This document shows positions 1 through 8,245 of a stretch of DNA of 31,381 nt, piece by piece. A program made the position numbers and the translations under genes. The notes under the pieces are model-generated. The model ran no database searches, was not told the DNA's origin, and saw only the letters and a list, made by a program, of their open reading frames with translations. Location: IMG/VR virus record IMGVR_UViG_3300046000_001751, positions 1 to 31,381 of that record, one strand, 5' to 3'. Position 1 is the stretch's first letter. Each line of letters begins with the position of its first letter. Source of the DNA: a virus (Duplodnaviria; Caudoviricetes).

Positions 1-2005
1 GGATGTTTGCACCCTTACCGACACGAACTCTTGTAGACCAAATCTTACCCTTGACTAAATCCCAAGGATTGCGACCACGTGCAAGGTAGAACATATCGTC
101 TTCGATAGAGTTACGGATAGCAAAGCGTGGACCGGCAAGAGTCAAGAATGACCAACCAGATGTAACTTTATCTATCCACTTGTTGTGTGAAACTCCAACG
201 AGTCTGGATACTATGCCCTGACGTGCAGTCAGTCTATCTAAGTCAACAACAGATGGAATAACCATTGCTGTAGAAAGTTGGTATGGGAACAATGCAAGTT
301 GTTCACCATTAAATTCTGCTGGGTTGCCAAGGCGTTCGCCTGATACAACGATATCTGCAGCGTAGCGCTTTTCTAAGCCCTTGCCTGCAAACTCCTCCAT
401 AAAGGATCTTCCTGGATCACCCTTCTTTACACCACGTGTAGTAAAGATTGTGTTCCAAAGACCTTTAGTAATCTGCATACGCTGACCTTCATCGCCTGCA
501 GCAAATGCCTCAGCGATAATCTTGCTGTGATAGCGAGAGTTAGTCAGACGTGCGGTGCGATAGATTTCATCTACTGCGTTGTCACCCATTACATCAAATA
601 CCTTAGATGTTGGGTTAGGAACCTTTGTAAACTTACGAGCAAAGCGGTCAATGCGTCCCTGGATCTGATTCTCAGTAAAACGTACTGCACCATCTGGACC
701 CTTAATGCGTCCTACTTGCTTCTCAAGTCCAGCAATTTCTTCTGAACGAGTAGTAATGCCAGTAAGAATGTCATCAAACTGCGGAGCAGTTCCGTACATA
801 GCCTGTACTAGCTTCTGTCCTACTTTGTCAACGTTAAGTACTTTATTGCCTGTAGTAAGTGCTGCGATACGAGCCTTACGACCTGCAGTCAAACGTGGAA
901 TAAGTGGGGTATCACGAGCCGCTTGGCCCTTAAGAATACCTTGCACATCTACGCTGTTCTGAAAGTACTGCTTTGCATTGTCTGCATTAGTAACTCCAGC
1001 TGCAATAAACTCATCAATAGCAGCAGGGCCAAACTCAGGAGCAATGCGACGTAGATTAGTTGATGCTTTTTCTGCAGCAACAATGTCTTTTGCTTTACGA
1101 GCCTTGGCTAGAGTATCTAGTTCAGAACCGTATGAGTTAAAAAAGTTGACAACCTTTGGGTTGTTGAAAGCTGCATCTAACTTCTTTGGATCTCCAGCAA
1201 TCTTAATGATTGCATAGTTAGCAGCATCGTAGGCCTTCTTAGCCTTACCAAGAATAATGGTTGGATCTGCAAAGATACGGAAGGCAGCATCTGCAGTTCC
1301 CGATATACCCTTGTATAGAAAACCTGTGCCTTCTAGTGACTCAGGTAGAAGTGTATTTCCAAGTGCGCGACCTGGTGAATACTTAGCAGCAACTACTGCA
1401 TCGTAGGCATCCTGCCATAGTGGGTCTTCGCCCTTAGCAGCAAGACGTGCAATCTGCTTTTCTTCTTCAGTTCCAGTTGCAATAATATCTGAAAGTGAAG
1501 TACCTGTAGAAACCTTTTGTGCTAAACCGACATAGTTGTTGCCGTACTTCTTGATGGCATTGTTGATACGTGGCTCGTTGTAGACAAGCTCGCCGTTATC
1601 TCCAGACTTCTTCCAAGCCTCAGAGATAACAGACCAGTTCTTAGGTAGGTAGTATTCAGCACTACCCAATGGGATCTGCTCGTTAGCGATAAGTCCTGTA
1701 CGACCAACGCGAGTCATAAAGTCAGATACTTCTGTCAGTGCGCCAACTACAGCACCGCCTGTATAGTGCCAAGCACTACCTAACCAACCACGCTTTTGCT
1801 GTTCTGGCTGTGTGCCAAAGGTTTGCTTTAGTGATTGTTGTTGATCTGCTGGCAAAGTCTGAAACTTTGTTCGAGCTTCAGCTACTGGCATATCAAGTAA
1901 ACTCTTATGAGTGGTTAAAGACTTTGATAGTGAGTCAATTCTGTCTTTATCTGTCGGGCTTAGCCCTGCTTGGGCCGCAGCAATCTTAAGATTCTTCTCC
2001 GACAC
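1..2005 (-). CDS. Large virion (probably internal/ejected) protein, truncated by the window edge
   Basis: Missing from the ORF track. GTG at 2003-2005 overlaps the upstream TAG. Reads MSEKNLKIAAAQAGLSPTDKDRID... and stays open to position 1 (>660 aa, Ala/Lys-rich). Function inferred from position after the portal. Confidence 0.75.
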   Translation of the reverse strand, partial: MSEKNLKIAAAQAGLSPTDKDRIDSLSKSLTTHKSLLDMPVAEARTKFQTLPADQQQSLKQTFGTQPEQQKRGWLGSAWHYTGGAVVGALTEVSDFMTRVGRTGLIANEQIPLGSAEYYLPKNWSVISEAWKKSGDNGELVYNEPRINNAIKKYGNNYVGLAQKVSTGTSLSDIIATGTEEEKQIARLAAKGEDPLWQDAYDAVVAAKYSPGRALGNTLLPESLEGTGFLYKGISGTADAAFRIFADPTIILGKAKKAYDAANYAIIKIAGDPKKLDAAFNNPKVVNFFNSYGSELDTLAKARKAKDIVAAEKASTNLRRIAPEFGPAAIDEFIAAGVTNADNAKQYFQNSVDVQGILKGQAARDTPLIPRLTAGRKARIAALTTGNKVLNVDKVGQKLVQAMYGTAPQFDDILTGITTRSEEIAGLEKQVGRIKGPDGAVRFTENQIQGRIDRFARKFTKVPNPTSKVFDVMGDNAVDEIYRTARLTNSRYHSKIIAEAFAAGDEGQRMQITKGLWNTIFTTRGVKKGDPGRSFMEEFAGKGLEKRYAADIVVSGERLGNPAEFNGEQLALFPYQLSTAMVIPSVVDLDRLTARQGIVSRLVGVSHNKWIDKVTSGWSFLTLAGPRFAIRNSIEDDMFYLARGRNPWDLVKGKIWSTRVRVGKGANI

Positions 2006-2418
2006 TACATACCTCGCGCAAGCATATCCTGATACAGAATCGTAATCTCGCCTGATTCATCGTATGGCAATAACTTTGCCAATGTATCGGAATACTTCTC
2101 TGTCATTTGCTGACGCATAACTAATGCTTCTGGTCCTGGACCTGCACCCATTGCAACACCTGCAGTGATTGGTTCGTTAGGACGCTGTGTTGGTTCAAAT
2201 AATCCTGTTACGGGCGCTTGTGTAGCTGCCTCGCGTACATCACCAGCACGTGCTGGACGTACATCAGGTGTAACACCTAGCGGAGCACCAGACTTAATAG
2301 CCTCTGTCTCAACGCCTTCGCCGTAACCTGTAGAACCCATTGAGAGTTTATCGCTGCGTACAGCGTACTTACCTGGACCTGACGCACCTGCAAGTGGGTT
2401 CATTGGTGCAGTTGTCAT
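2005..2418 (-). CDS. Hypothetical head-module protein (Pro/Gly/Ala-rich)
   Basis: Start moved to ATG 2418 (MTTAPMNP), which has a GGAGG SD and an ATGA overlap with the upstream gene. Confidence 0.75.
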   Translation of the reverse strand: MTTAPMNPLAGASGPGKYAVRSDKLSMGSTGYGEGVETEAIKSGAPLGVTPDVRPARAGDVREAATQAPVTGLFEPTQRPNEPITAGVAMGAGPGPEALVMRQQMTEKYSDTLAKLLPYDESGEITILYQDMLARGM

Positions 2419-2639
2419 TTGTCCTCCTCTAACGTCTCTAAATCTTGTGCCATATCTTCCCAAGCCTTATTGACTTTGGTTTTCTGATTGGCGTGGTAAA
2501 TCGAAAGTTCATAAACTTCCGACATAAGTGTTTCTACGCATTGTGTTAGGTTGTAGAAGAACCCAATAATAATTACTGCAAAGTCTGTCCGGCGTACAGG
2601 GCGTGGAATCCTATCGTTATCGTTCAACACCCTGTACAC
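2415..2639 (-). CDS. Hypothetical protein
   Basis: 74-aa ORF coupled to the next gene. Start may be the GTG at 2630. Confidence 0.6.
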   Translation of the reverse strand: MYRVLNDNDRIPRPVRRTDFAVIIIGFFYNLTQCVETLMSEVYELSIYHANQKTKVNKAWEDMAQDLETLEEDK

Positions 2640-2653
2640 CTTTCAGTAGTTAC

Positions 2654-2785
2654 TTAAGCCTTCTTGCCTTTGCGAGCTGTTCCGGCATAACCGAAGTCAA
2701 CCTTACCGCCCTTAGGCTTTGAAGTATCCTTCTTGCCCTCAGTTGGCTTTTGCATTGAAGCCTTTGCCTGTGATCCCTTATTCAT
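2654..2785 (-). CDS. Small Lys-rich basic protein (43 aa)
   Basis: MNKGSQAKASMQKPTEGKKDTSKPKGGKVDFGYAGTARKGKKA, with a strong GAAGGAGG SD, directly after the portal. Confidence 0.75.
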   Translation of the reverse strand: MNKGSQAKASMQKPTEGKKDTSKPKGGKVDFGYAGTARKGKKA

Positions 2786-2802
2786 ATTTGCACCTCCTTC
2801 GG

Positions 2803-4551
2803 TTATGCTGCACCGCCGGTTAGTCCGGCGAGTAGTTGTGCTATATCGGGTTTTTGACCAGCAGCAGGGGCCATACCAGCTTGTTCTTGTGGAGGTTGCT
2901 GCGAGGCAGGAGCGGTGGCCGCGCCTGCTGCTGGAAGTTCTTGACCAACTGGCACCATAGGTGCCTCTGGTGGTGGTTCTGGAGCGAATGCTTTTTCTAC
3001 GATTGTCTCTAAGGCCATACCCTTTTGACGACCCTTAATAACTTCTGCAATACGCGAGACGATAAGTGATGGGTCTTGTCCTTGCGCTGCAAGCGCTGGG
3101 ATAGCTTGTGCGTACTGTGCCACTGAGACACGAAGAGCATCACGCATTTCTTCAATATCAACACGTTGTTCCTCCTGTGAGACGTTAAGGTCCATAGGAA
3201 TCTCACGGCGTACATAGTCACGAGATACTAGCTTGTCTGAACGCATCTGTAGCAATGCAATGATTGCACGTGATGGATCCATACCAGACATAATGCCGTA
3301 GCGAACATCTACGCCATACTCGCCCTTAATGTCACGACCAGGTGTGTACTTAAGAACATAAGGTGTACCGTCGTCGGTTCCACGAATTGTCTTTTGTACA
3401 TTGCTGAATAGTTTTTCGTCTACTTCAAAGCAGAGCCCAATAAGATCAGCGAACATTCTAGCAAATTGTGATTGTGCTGATTTGATTTGAGTATCAAAAC
3501 CAGCTTGCAACTCCTGAACGCCACGACCAGTAATAACACTTGCACTGGTATTTCCGGATCGGGTTTCAGGGTAACGAGCGCCAAGCCGTAGTTCACGTTC
3601 TAGCACTCCTGACTCTGTGAAGACTCCTGGTGGTAGGTCTAAGCCTACACGACGGATGTTCTGTGGCTGAGAAGAACGCATAATAGAATCTGGACCAAGA
3701 GCAAGTTCTTGCACATCTTGTGGGATAGCAATAGGTGCTTGGATAGATTTTTCTGCAGCCTGAATCTGAAGGATTGCAAAGCGAGCACGAGCGAGTTGGA
3801 CTGCCAAGACATCGTCATACTGACCACGTGCTTCGCCGTCAAGAGAAGGTCGCTGTGCTACACGTACAAGACACTTACCGATTGGGTTAGGTGTACGTAC
3901 TAAAGTTAAGTTCTGACGCTCTGGTAAGTAGATAAGATCCTGCTCAGCATCGTGGTAGCGCACCATCGTGATAGATGGGCTACCTTGCTGGTAGTTGTTC
4001 TTCTTTAAGATCTGCTCTGCAAACTCTGGGTACTTAGAGATCAGTGTCTCTGCATCAGTGTTTAACACCTGAGTTAGAGAAACTGTACGACCAAAGCGGT
4101 CTACCTCTGGGTAGCAACCCCAAGGGTTAAGTAGGCGCATACGTGGGTTGTTGGAGTCATAATCCATCTCCACCATACCTACCATCATTCCGTAGGTGTT
4201 GTACCAGTCTGCACCCTGATACATCTGTAGCTGCATTTCAGCAACTGAGATGTAGAAGTTTGCAATACGTGTACGCATATCTGCCATCTTGCGTGCAGAG
4301 TCTGAAACCATATTTGTAGCTTGGCAGTTAAATGATGGCAGTGGTGCCATCGCTTCTGCTAGATCTCGTGCTGCAACGTCGATGAAGTTAGCCACCAGTG
4401 GCTTTGGGTATTCATCGGAGAACATCGAAGGATAGACCTTAGATAGATCTCCTTGACGCACCGAAAGCACATCACGCATACGCTGATCGCGTGCAGCGAA
4501 TTTGGTCTGCAAGCGACCTAACTTATCGTTGACTTCTTTTGGTGTTAACAC
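2803..4551 (-). CDS. Portal protein
   Basis: 582 aa downstream of the terminase, portal-like size, Gln/Pro/Ala-rich C-terminal tail. Confidence 0.8.
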   Translation of the reverse strand: MLTPKEVNDKLGRLQTKFAARDQRMRDVLSVRQGDLSKVYPSMFSDEYPKPLVANFIDVAARDLAEAMAPLPSFNCQATNMVSDSARKMADMRTRIANFYISVAEMQLQMYQGADWYNTYGMMVGMVEMDYDSNNPRMRLLNPWGCYPEVDRFGRTVSLTQVLNTDAETLISKYPEFAEQILKKNNYQQGSPSITMVRYHDAEQDLIYLPERQNLTLVRTPNPIGKCLVRVAQRPSLDGEARGQYDDVLAVQLARARFAILQIQAAEKSIQAPIAIPQDVQELALGPDSIMRSSQPQNIRRVGLDLPPGVFTESGVLERELRLGARYPETRSGNTSASVITGRGVQELQAGFDTQIKSAQSQFARMFADLIGLCFEVDEKLFSNVQKTIRGTDDGTPYVLKYTPGRDIKGEYGVDVRYGIMSGMDPSRAIIALLQMRSDKLVSRDYVRREIPMDLNVSQEEQRVDIEEMRDALRVSVAQYAQAIPALAAQGQDPSLIVSRIAEVIKGRQKGMALETIVEKAFAPEPPPEAPMVPVGQELPAAGAATAPASQQPPQEQAGMAPAAGQKPDIAQLLAGLTGGAA

Positions 4552-4563
4552 TGGGGTTTGTCC

Positions 4564-4851
4564 TTACTTAGACTTTTTAGTTAATCCTGGGTACTTCTTA
4601 GCGATGGCCTTCTTTGCTTCCATCTCTGCCTTCTTTACACCTGCTGGTGATACGCGATCTTGGATCGCCTTAATTGCTGCAGGTCCTGTAAGTTCTTTAG
4701 CCTTTGTTGTCTTCTTAGGCGCTGGCTTTGCAGTTGCCTTCTTGCCGCCAACTAGCTCTTTAGGAGTCATCAACTTAACGTTGTATGGCTTTGTGTTTGA
4801 GCCATTGCCTGTCTTCTTAGCTGTTGGCTTTTCATTCTTCATATTAGGCAT
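4564..4851 (-). CDS. Lys/Ala-rich basic protein
   Basis: 95 aa, AGGAG SD, lies between terminase and portal. Confidence 0.75.
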   Translation of the reverse strand: MPNMKNEKPTAKKTGNGSNTKPYNVKLMTPKELVGGKKATAKPAPKKTTKAKELTGPAAIKAIQDRVSPAGVKKAEMEAKKAIAKKYPGLTKKSK

Positions 4852-4860
4852 TATGTCTCC

Positions 4861-6720
4861 CTAGATAAATTGTTTGTTTTGATCTGCGATTAACTGGTCA
4901 ATGTTGACCACTACACGCTTTCGTTTCTCAGCTGATGTAAGAAACGGATTCTTTAGATGGTGTGAGTTGTACTGACCGTAGTTGAGCATCTCACGTGCTC
5001 GGATCTCGCAGAACCACAACGCCATTACTAAGTCTGTCTTACCCTTAGTAGTAGGTGTCCAAGTGATTAACTGTTCGATTAACGCCTTAACGTTTTCAGT
5101 TTGGTCACTAGGTAAGTGAATAAGGTTGTCTCTGTGGTGCTTGCCATCGTGTTGCTTGGTGCCGAACAGAGTTGACATTGACGCGACACCAAAGCCTGCA
5201 TCCCACTTGTTGTTGCCTGTATGGTGTTCCCGCAGTAACACTCCGCGTGATGCCAAGTGTTGTCTGATTCCTTCATCTTGTGTGAGGAAAGACTGGAACG
5301 CATTACGTTCAACAATCCACTCAGACGGGCCGTATAGGGAAGTCCAATTAAATATAAGGTCACGAATATCGGCAGGAGACGGTCTAGTAATCTTGATAGC
5401 ATCTACTATGTACCTCTTGTTGCTATTGCGATCTACTGCATAACAAATAGCTGCAGTATCACCAATCATCGCAGGGTCAAGTCCACAGATAATTGAGTAG
5501 CCACCTAAGTCACGTGGGTGACCAGGGTTACCAGCTACCAATGGACCGGCCTTACGCATTCCATCAATGGAGCCGCGTACACAGACTGGATCAAAGGCAG
5601 AGTTCTCCGATACATCTTGCTGTTGATAGACTAGCGCCCAGGTGGATGTATCCATCGCTTGGCGTTCGTTGTAAAGGTTACGTCCAGACCAGCGTGGATA
5701 TAGACCGTCTTCATCTTTGTCAGCTTCTTCTTGTCCATCAAATGGAGCATCTGACTTAGGCCAAAGCGTTACCCACTTGTCAGGGTCTTCATCAGTTTCT
5801 AAAAGTGCTGGCATTGCAAGATAGGTCCAAGGGACAAGGCCACCTGGGTATCTATCCTCTTGGCGAAGCTCACGGTACAAGTCAACGCTTGCTACACGAG
5901 TTCCAATAATAATAAGTTTACCTGTTGGGTTAAGACGAGAACGTACGTCCTGGGTTAACCACTTGATCTGACGCTCAAAGTCATTGGCGTTAGATAGAGT
6001 CACCGCATCATCTACGATAATCATATCTGCACGCTTACCGTAGATCTGACCGCCGATACCGACGGCTTCGATGTTTGGGTCCTTTTCGCTGGACTCACGT
6101 AGCTCATCACCGAAGGTGACGCGGGTAGCCTGCCACGAGGCTGTCTTAGAGTTAAACCCTACGCCAGCAGCGTACGCACTTTGTAGTTCTTCATAAACTG
6201 GGTGTGTAAGGCGTTGCTTGATGGCGTAGAGAAAGTCTGCTGCTAGTCGCTGAGTTTGGGAAACAATCAGGACTCTAAAGTTGGGGTTGCGTGCAACCAT
6301 CCAGGTTACGTAGTCCACAGTGATTGTGATGGACTTGGCGTGGTTGGGCGGAATGTTGACAAGGATACGGTTATTAGCCAGACCCTTTTCAAACTTCATA
6401 GCCGGATGTAGCCAGCCGGGTTCGCGGCCTTCGATTACATCTACGATGTTCTTCTGATGGGCAAAAGTTTCTGAGTGTAGGAAGCGTTTGCGGAATTCGA
6501 CGAAGTCGATGTCGTGGACATCGCCACCTGCAAACTGCTTATCCTTAAGACCGAGCCTGGTTCGGTCTACCTTGTCTGCAAAAATCTTATCTGTGCGACG
6601 GTAGTACTCATAAGTCTTGATGGATTTGCCAGCAGAAGCCGTAGCGGCTTCAATGGTCATACCCTCTGCAACGCAGCCAAGGATAATACGCTTGGCAATA
6701 TCTGCTGAATTTTCAGCCAC
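4861..6720 (-). CDS. terL: Terminase large subunit with an N-terminal HTH-like extension
   Basis: Walker A-like NIPPNHAKS, G-x-RAD-IIVDD Walker B, IIGTR coupling motif, nuclease GLDPA and D-x-VMA motifs, AGGAG SD. Confidence 0.92.
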   Translation of the reverse strand: MAENSADIAKRIILGCVAEGMTIEAATASAGKSIKTYEYYRRTDKIFADKVDRTRLGLKDKQFAGGDVHDIDFVEFRKRFLHSETFAHQKNIVDVIEGREPGWLHPAMKFEKGLANNRILVNIPPNHAKSITITVDYVTWMVARNPNFRVLIVSQTQRLAADFLYAIKQRLTHPVYEELQSAYAAGVGFNSKTASWQATRVTFGDELRESSEKDPNIEAVGIGGQIYGKRADMIIVDDAVTLSNANDFERQIKWLTQDVRSRLNPTGKLIIIGTRVASVDLYRELRQEDRYPGGLVPWTYLAMPALLETDEDPDKWVTLWPKSDAPFDGQEEADKDEDGLYPRWSGRNLYNERQAMDTSTWALVYQQQDVSENSAFDPVCVRGSIDGMRKAGPLVAGNPGHPRDLGGYSIICGLDPAMIGDTAAICYAVDRNSNKRYIVDAIKITRPSPADIRDLIFNWTSLYGPSEWIVERNAFQSFLTQDEGIRQHLASRGVLLREHHTGNNKWDAGFGVASMSTLFGTKQHDGKHHRDNLIHLPSDQTENVKALIEQLITWTPTTKGKTDLVMALWFCEIRAREMLNYGQYNSHHLKNPFLTSAEKRKRVVVNIDQLIADQNKQFI

Positions 6721-6794
6721 GTAATCTCCTAAATGTTATGGGGGACGGGCCGAGATCGATTTAATTAGCTGCGTCGGAATATTCGATTAGCTGT

Positions 6795-6952
6795 CAAGTT
6801 GATAGAACTATCCCAACTAAAAGCACCGCTAGTGTCGGGCTTAGCGCCCGAACGAGCCACAGCGAAGTGAGGGGTAAGTCAGCGCTCGTCCTAGGGGACT
6901 CGCGAAGGGTAACCGTAGCGAGCTGGACGGGGCTATCTCAATTACCGCCCCT
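6795..6952 (-). ncRNA. Candidate structured leader RNA or structured DNA element upstream of terminase
   Basis: At least five adjacent or nested stems: 6929-33/6947-51, 6899-6903/6918-22, 6888-91/6925-28, 6852-57/6884-89, 6835-40/6846-51. Preceded by an AT-rich TTATATACAGT. Confidence 0.45.
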
Positions 6953-6996
6953 ACTGTATATAAGGCAGGAAATTTTATCGATTTCTCGTTTTCACA

Positions 6997-7014
6997 ATGT
7001 GACGTTAGTCACAT
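6997..7014. promoter_or_regulatory. CRP/GlxR-type binding site
   Basis: ATGTGAC-GTTA-GTCACAT contains a perfect TGTGA-N6-TCACA. Confidence 0.75.
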
Positions 7015-7158
7015 ACAGTAAAACCGCAGGTCAGAGCTATAATTGGATCTCACTTTAGTCGAAATATTTTGGTACGGTACACAGTACATCCCCCTACTAA
7101 ATTCAACAACCCCGGGTAGGCGTGCCGTGCTGGAGGAGCAGACCCCCACCCCCTGCCC

Positions 7159-7199
7159 TGTGGATAACTGGTCAGACCTGTGGATAAGGTTGTGGATAA
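7159..7199 (-). promoter_or_regulatory. Three perfect DnaA boxes
   Basis: TGTGGATAA (= TTATCCACA) at 7159-7167, 7179-7187 and 7191-7199. Confidence 0.85.
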
Positions 7200-7249
7200 C
7201 TTTTGGGCTGTCTAACCCCTCGGCACTATTTAACAATCCCCTTTCCCTG

Positions 7250-7266
7250 ATTCAGTAACCTCTCAG
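7250..7266 (+). promoter_or_regulatory. MprA-type box 1
   Basis: ATTCAG-TAACC-TCTCAG, close to the mycobacterial MprA repeat TCTCAG-N5-TCTCAG. Confidence 0.5.
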
Positions 7267-7321
7267 GATTCAATAAGCCCTTTACAGTTGGCAAAGCCGT
7301 CACCATTCACAGCAATCTCCC

Positions 7322-7351
7322 AAGTTACTACAGCCCCACACCCAGTAACTT
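7322..7351. repeat. Inverted repeat AAGTTACT-N14-AGTAACTT
   Basis: Perfect 8-bp arms. Confidence 0.6.
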
Positions 7352-7365
7352 AGCACCTCCAACTG

Positions 7366-7379
7366 GTTGAACTTTCAAC
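7366..7379. promoter_or_regulatory. Palindromic operator-like site
   Basis: GTTGAA-CT-TTCAAC. Cognate factor unknown. Confidence 0.5.
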
Positions 7380-7439
7380 TAACTCAACAGCCCGACACCC
7401 TTTGAAATGTCGACTTATCGACTCGGTTATCCCTGTCAT

Positions 7440-7456
7440 TCTCAGGTAAGACTCAG
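7440..7456 (+). promoter_or_regulatory. MprA-type box 2
   Basis: TCTCAG-GTAAG-ACTCAG, 11/12 match to TCTCAG-N5-TCTCAG. Confidence 0.6.
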
Positions 7457-7508
7457 GATTCTGTTATCAAATCTTTACCAAATAAAGGGCAATAAATGCC
7501 CTCAAATG

Positions 7509-7538
7509 TTGTCGGTATAGTCCCGTAGGCATTAGACT
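7509..7538 (+). promoter_or_regulatory. Sigma-A-type early promoter
   Basis: TTGTCG-18 nt-TAGACT, about 55 nt before the first + strand gene. Confidence 0.6.
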
Positions 7539-7592
7539 CAGCACATCAAAGCAAATCGTTTGTTTTGAATTAACCGCAAAGGATGCAAATAA

Positions 7593-7781
7593 ATGGCTAA
7601 ATACACTGTTTCTTTCAAAGTAGATACTGAGTTCCACTATCAATCAAACAGCAATAGAAACCTTAGTGATGCAGAAGTTTTGGAAATTGAAATCAAGGAT
7701 TTGATTCAAACCGCTGTTTTGCCAGCCCTTGACCTTCAACTAGTCCCACTGACTTTCACAGTAAAGAAGGCGAGAAACTAA
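7593..7781 (+). CDS. Early hypothetical protein
   Basis: 62 aa, AAAGGA SD, TAATG coupling to the next gene. Confidence 0.75.
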   Translation: MAKYTVSFKVDTEFHYQSNSNRNLSDAEVLEIEIKDLIQTAVLPALDLQLVPLTFTVKKARN

Positions 7782-7945
7782 TGACACGCAAAGACTATGT
7801 GCTTATCTCTCAACTAATGGAGCAGGCATTCTATTTAGACGACTCACAGCGCGAGACACTTTCAAAGGATTTCGCTGATTTCCTTTCATTAGACAACCCA
7901 CGCTTTGACCGCGCCCGATTCCTTACCGCTTGCGGGGTGAAGTAA
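7781..7945 (+). CDS. Small phage protein of MTRKDY...DNPRFD type (54 aa)
   Basis: MTRKDYVLISQ...DNPRFDRARFLTACGVK, coupled on both sides. Motif pattern familiar from phage early genes. Confidence 0.8.
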   Translation: MTRKDYVLISQLMEQAFYLDDSQRETLSKDFADFLSLDNPRFDRARFLTACGVK

Positions 7946-8028
7946 TGATTGAAACCTACTGTGAAGAGTGCGATAACGGCACCGATACACCTTGCACCGC
8001 CTGCCTATGGGAAGAGGGGGCGAAGTAA
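7945..8028 (+). CDS. CxxC...CxxC microprotein (27 aa)
   Basis: MIETYCEECDNGTDTPCTACLWEEGAK, TAATG overlaps on both sides. Confidence 0.65.
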   Translation: MIETYCEECDNGTDTPCTACLWEEGAK

Positions 8029-8150
8029 TGGACAACGGAACAATGATTGACTTGATTGAGGAAGCAATCCACACCGAGGGCGACCTGCTCAGTGATGAGC
8101 AAGTCCTCGACATCATCGAGGGACTACTGAAGAAGAGAGAGGGCAAATAG
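8028..8150 (+). CDS. Acidic microprotein (40 aa)
   Basis: MDNGTMIDLIEEAIHTEGDLLSDEQVLDIIEGLLKKREGK. Confidence 0.7.
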   Translation: MDNGTMIDLIEEAIHTEGDLLSDEQVLDIIEGLLKKREGK

Positions 8151-8159
8151 TTATCCACA
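8151..8159 (+). promoter_or_regulatory. Perfect DnaA box
   Basis: TTATCCACA, immediately after a stop codon and before the ribozyme. Confidence 0.7.
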
Positions 8160-8170
8160 GCTTTTGAACA

Positions 8171-8222
8171 GACCGAAACACCCGCGAGGGTGTCCATCCG
8201 TGAAGCGGATGCTGATGAGGTC
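8171..8222 (+). ncRNA. Hammerhead ribozyme, type II topology
   Basis: GACC-GAA-[ACACCC gcga GGGTGT]-C^[CATCCG tgaag CGGATG]-CTGATGA-GGTC. All core nucleotides and three perfect stems are present. Predicted cleavage after the GUC at 8194. Confidence 0.95.
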
Positions 8223-8245
8223 AGAACTAGGGAAAGGGTTACAGA

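Noticed and set aside
527-1989. Several + strand ORFs and a short - strand ORF in the track
   Set aside because: They are shadows of the long - strand gene running from 2005 off the left edge.
2901-2910. GCGAGGCAGG in the portal gene as the target of the CGAGGCA sRNAs
   Set aside because: An 8-9 nt match in a low-complexity 3' coding tail could easily arise by chance.
6774-6786. TCGGAATATTCGA as a LexA (SOS) box
   Set aside because: Does not fit the actinobacterial TCGAAC-N4-GTTCGA in sequence or spacing.
6867-7258. Three 63-75 aa ORFs in the control region
   Set aside because: No convincing SD or protein-like features. They overlap hairpins and binding-site motifs.
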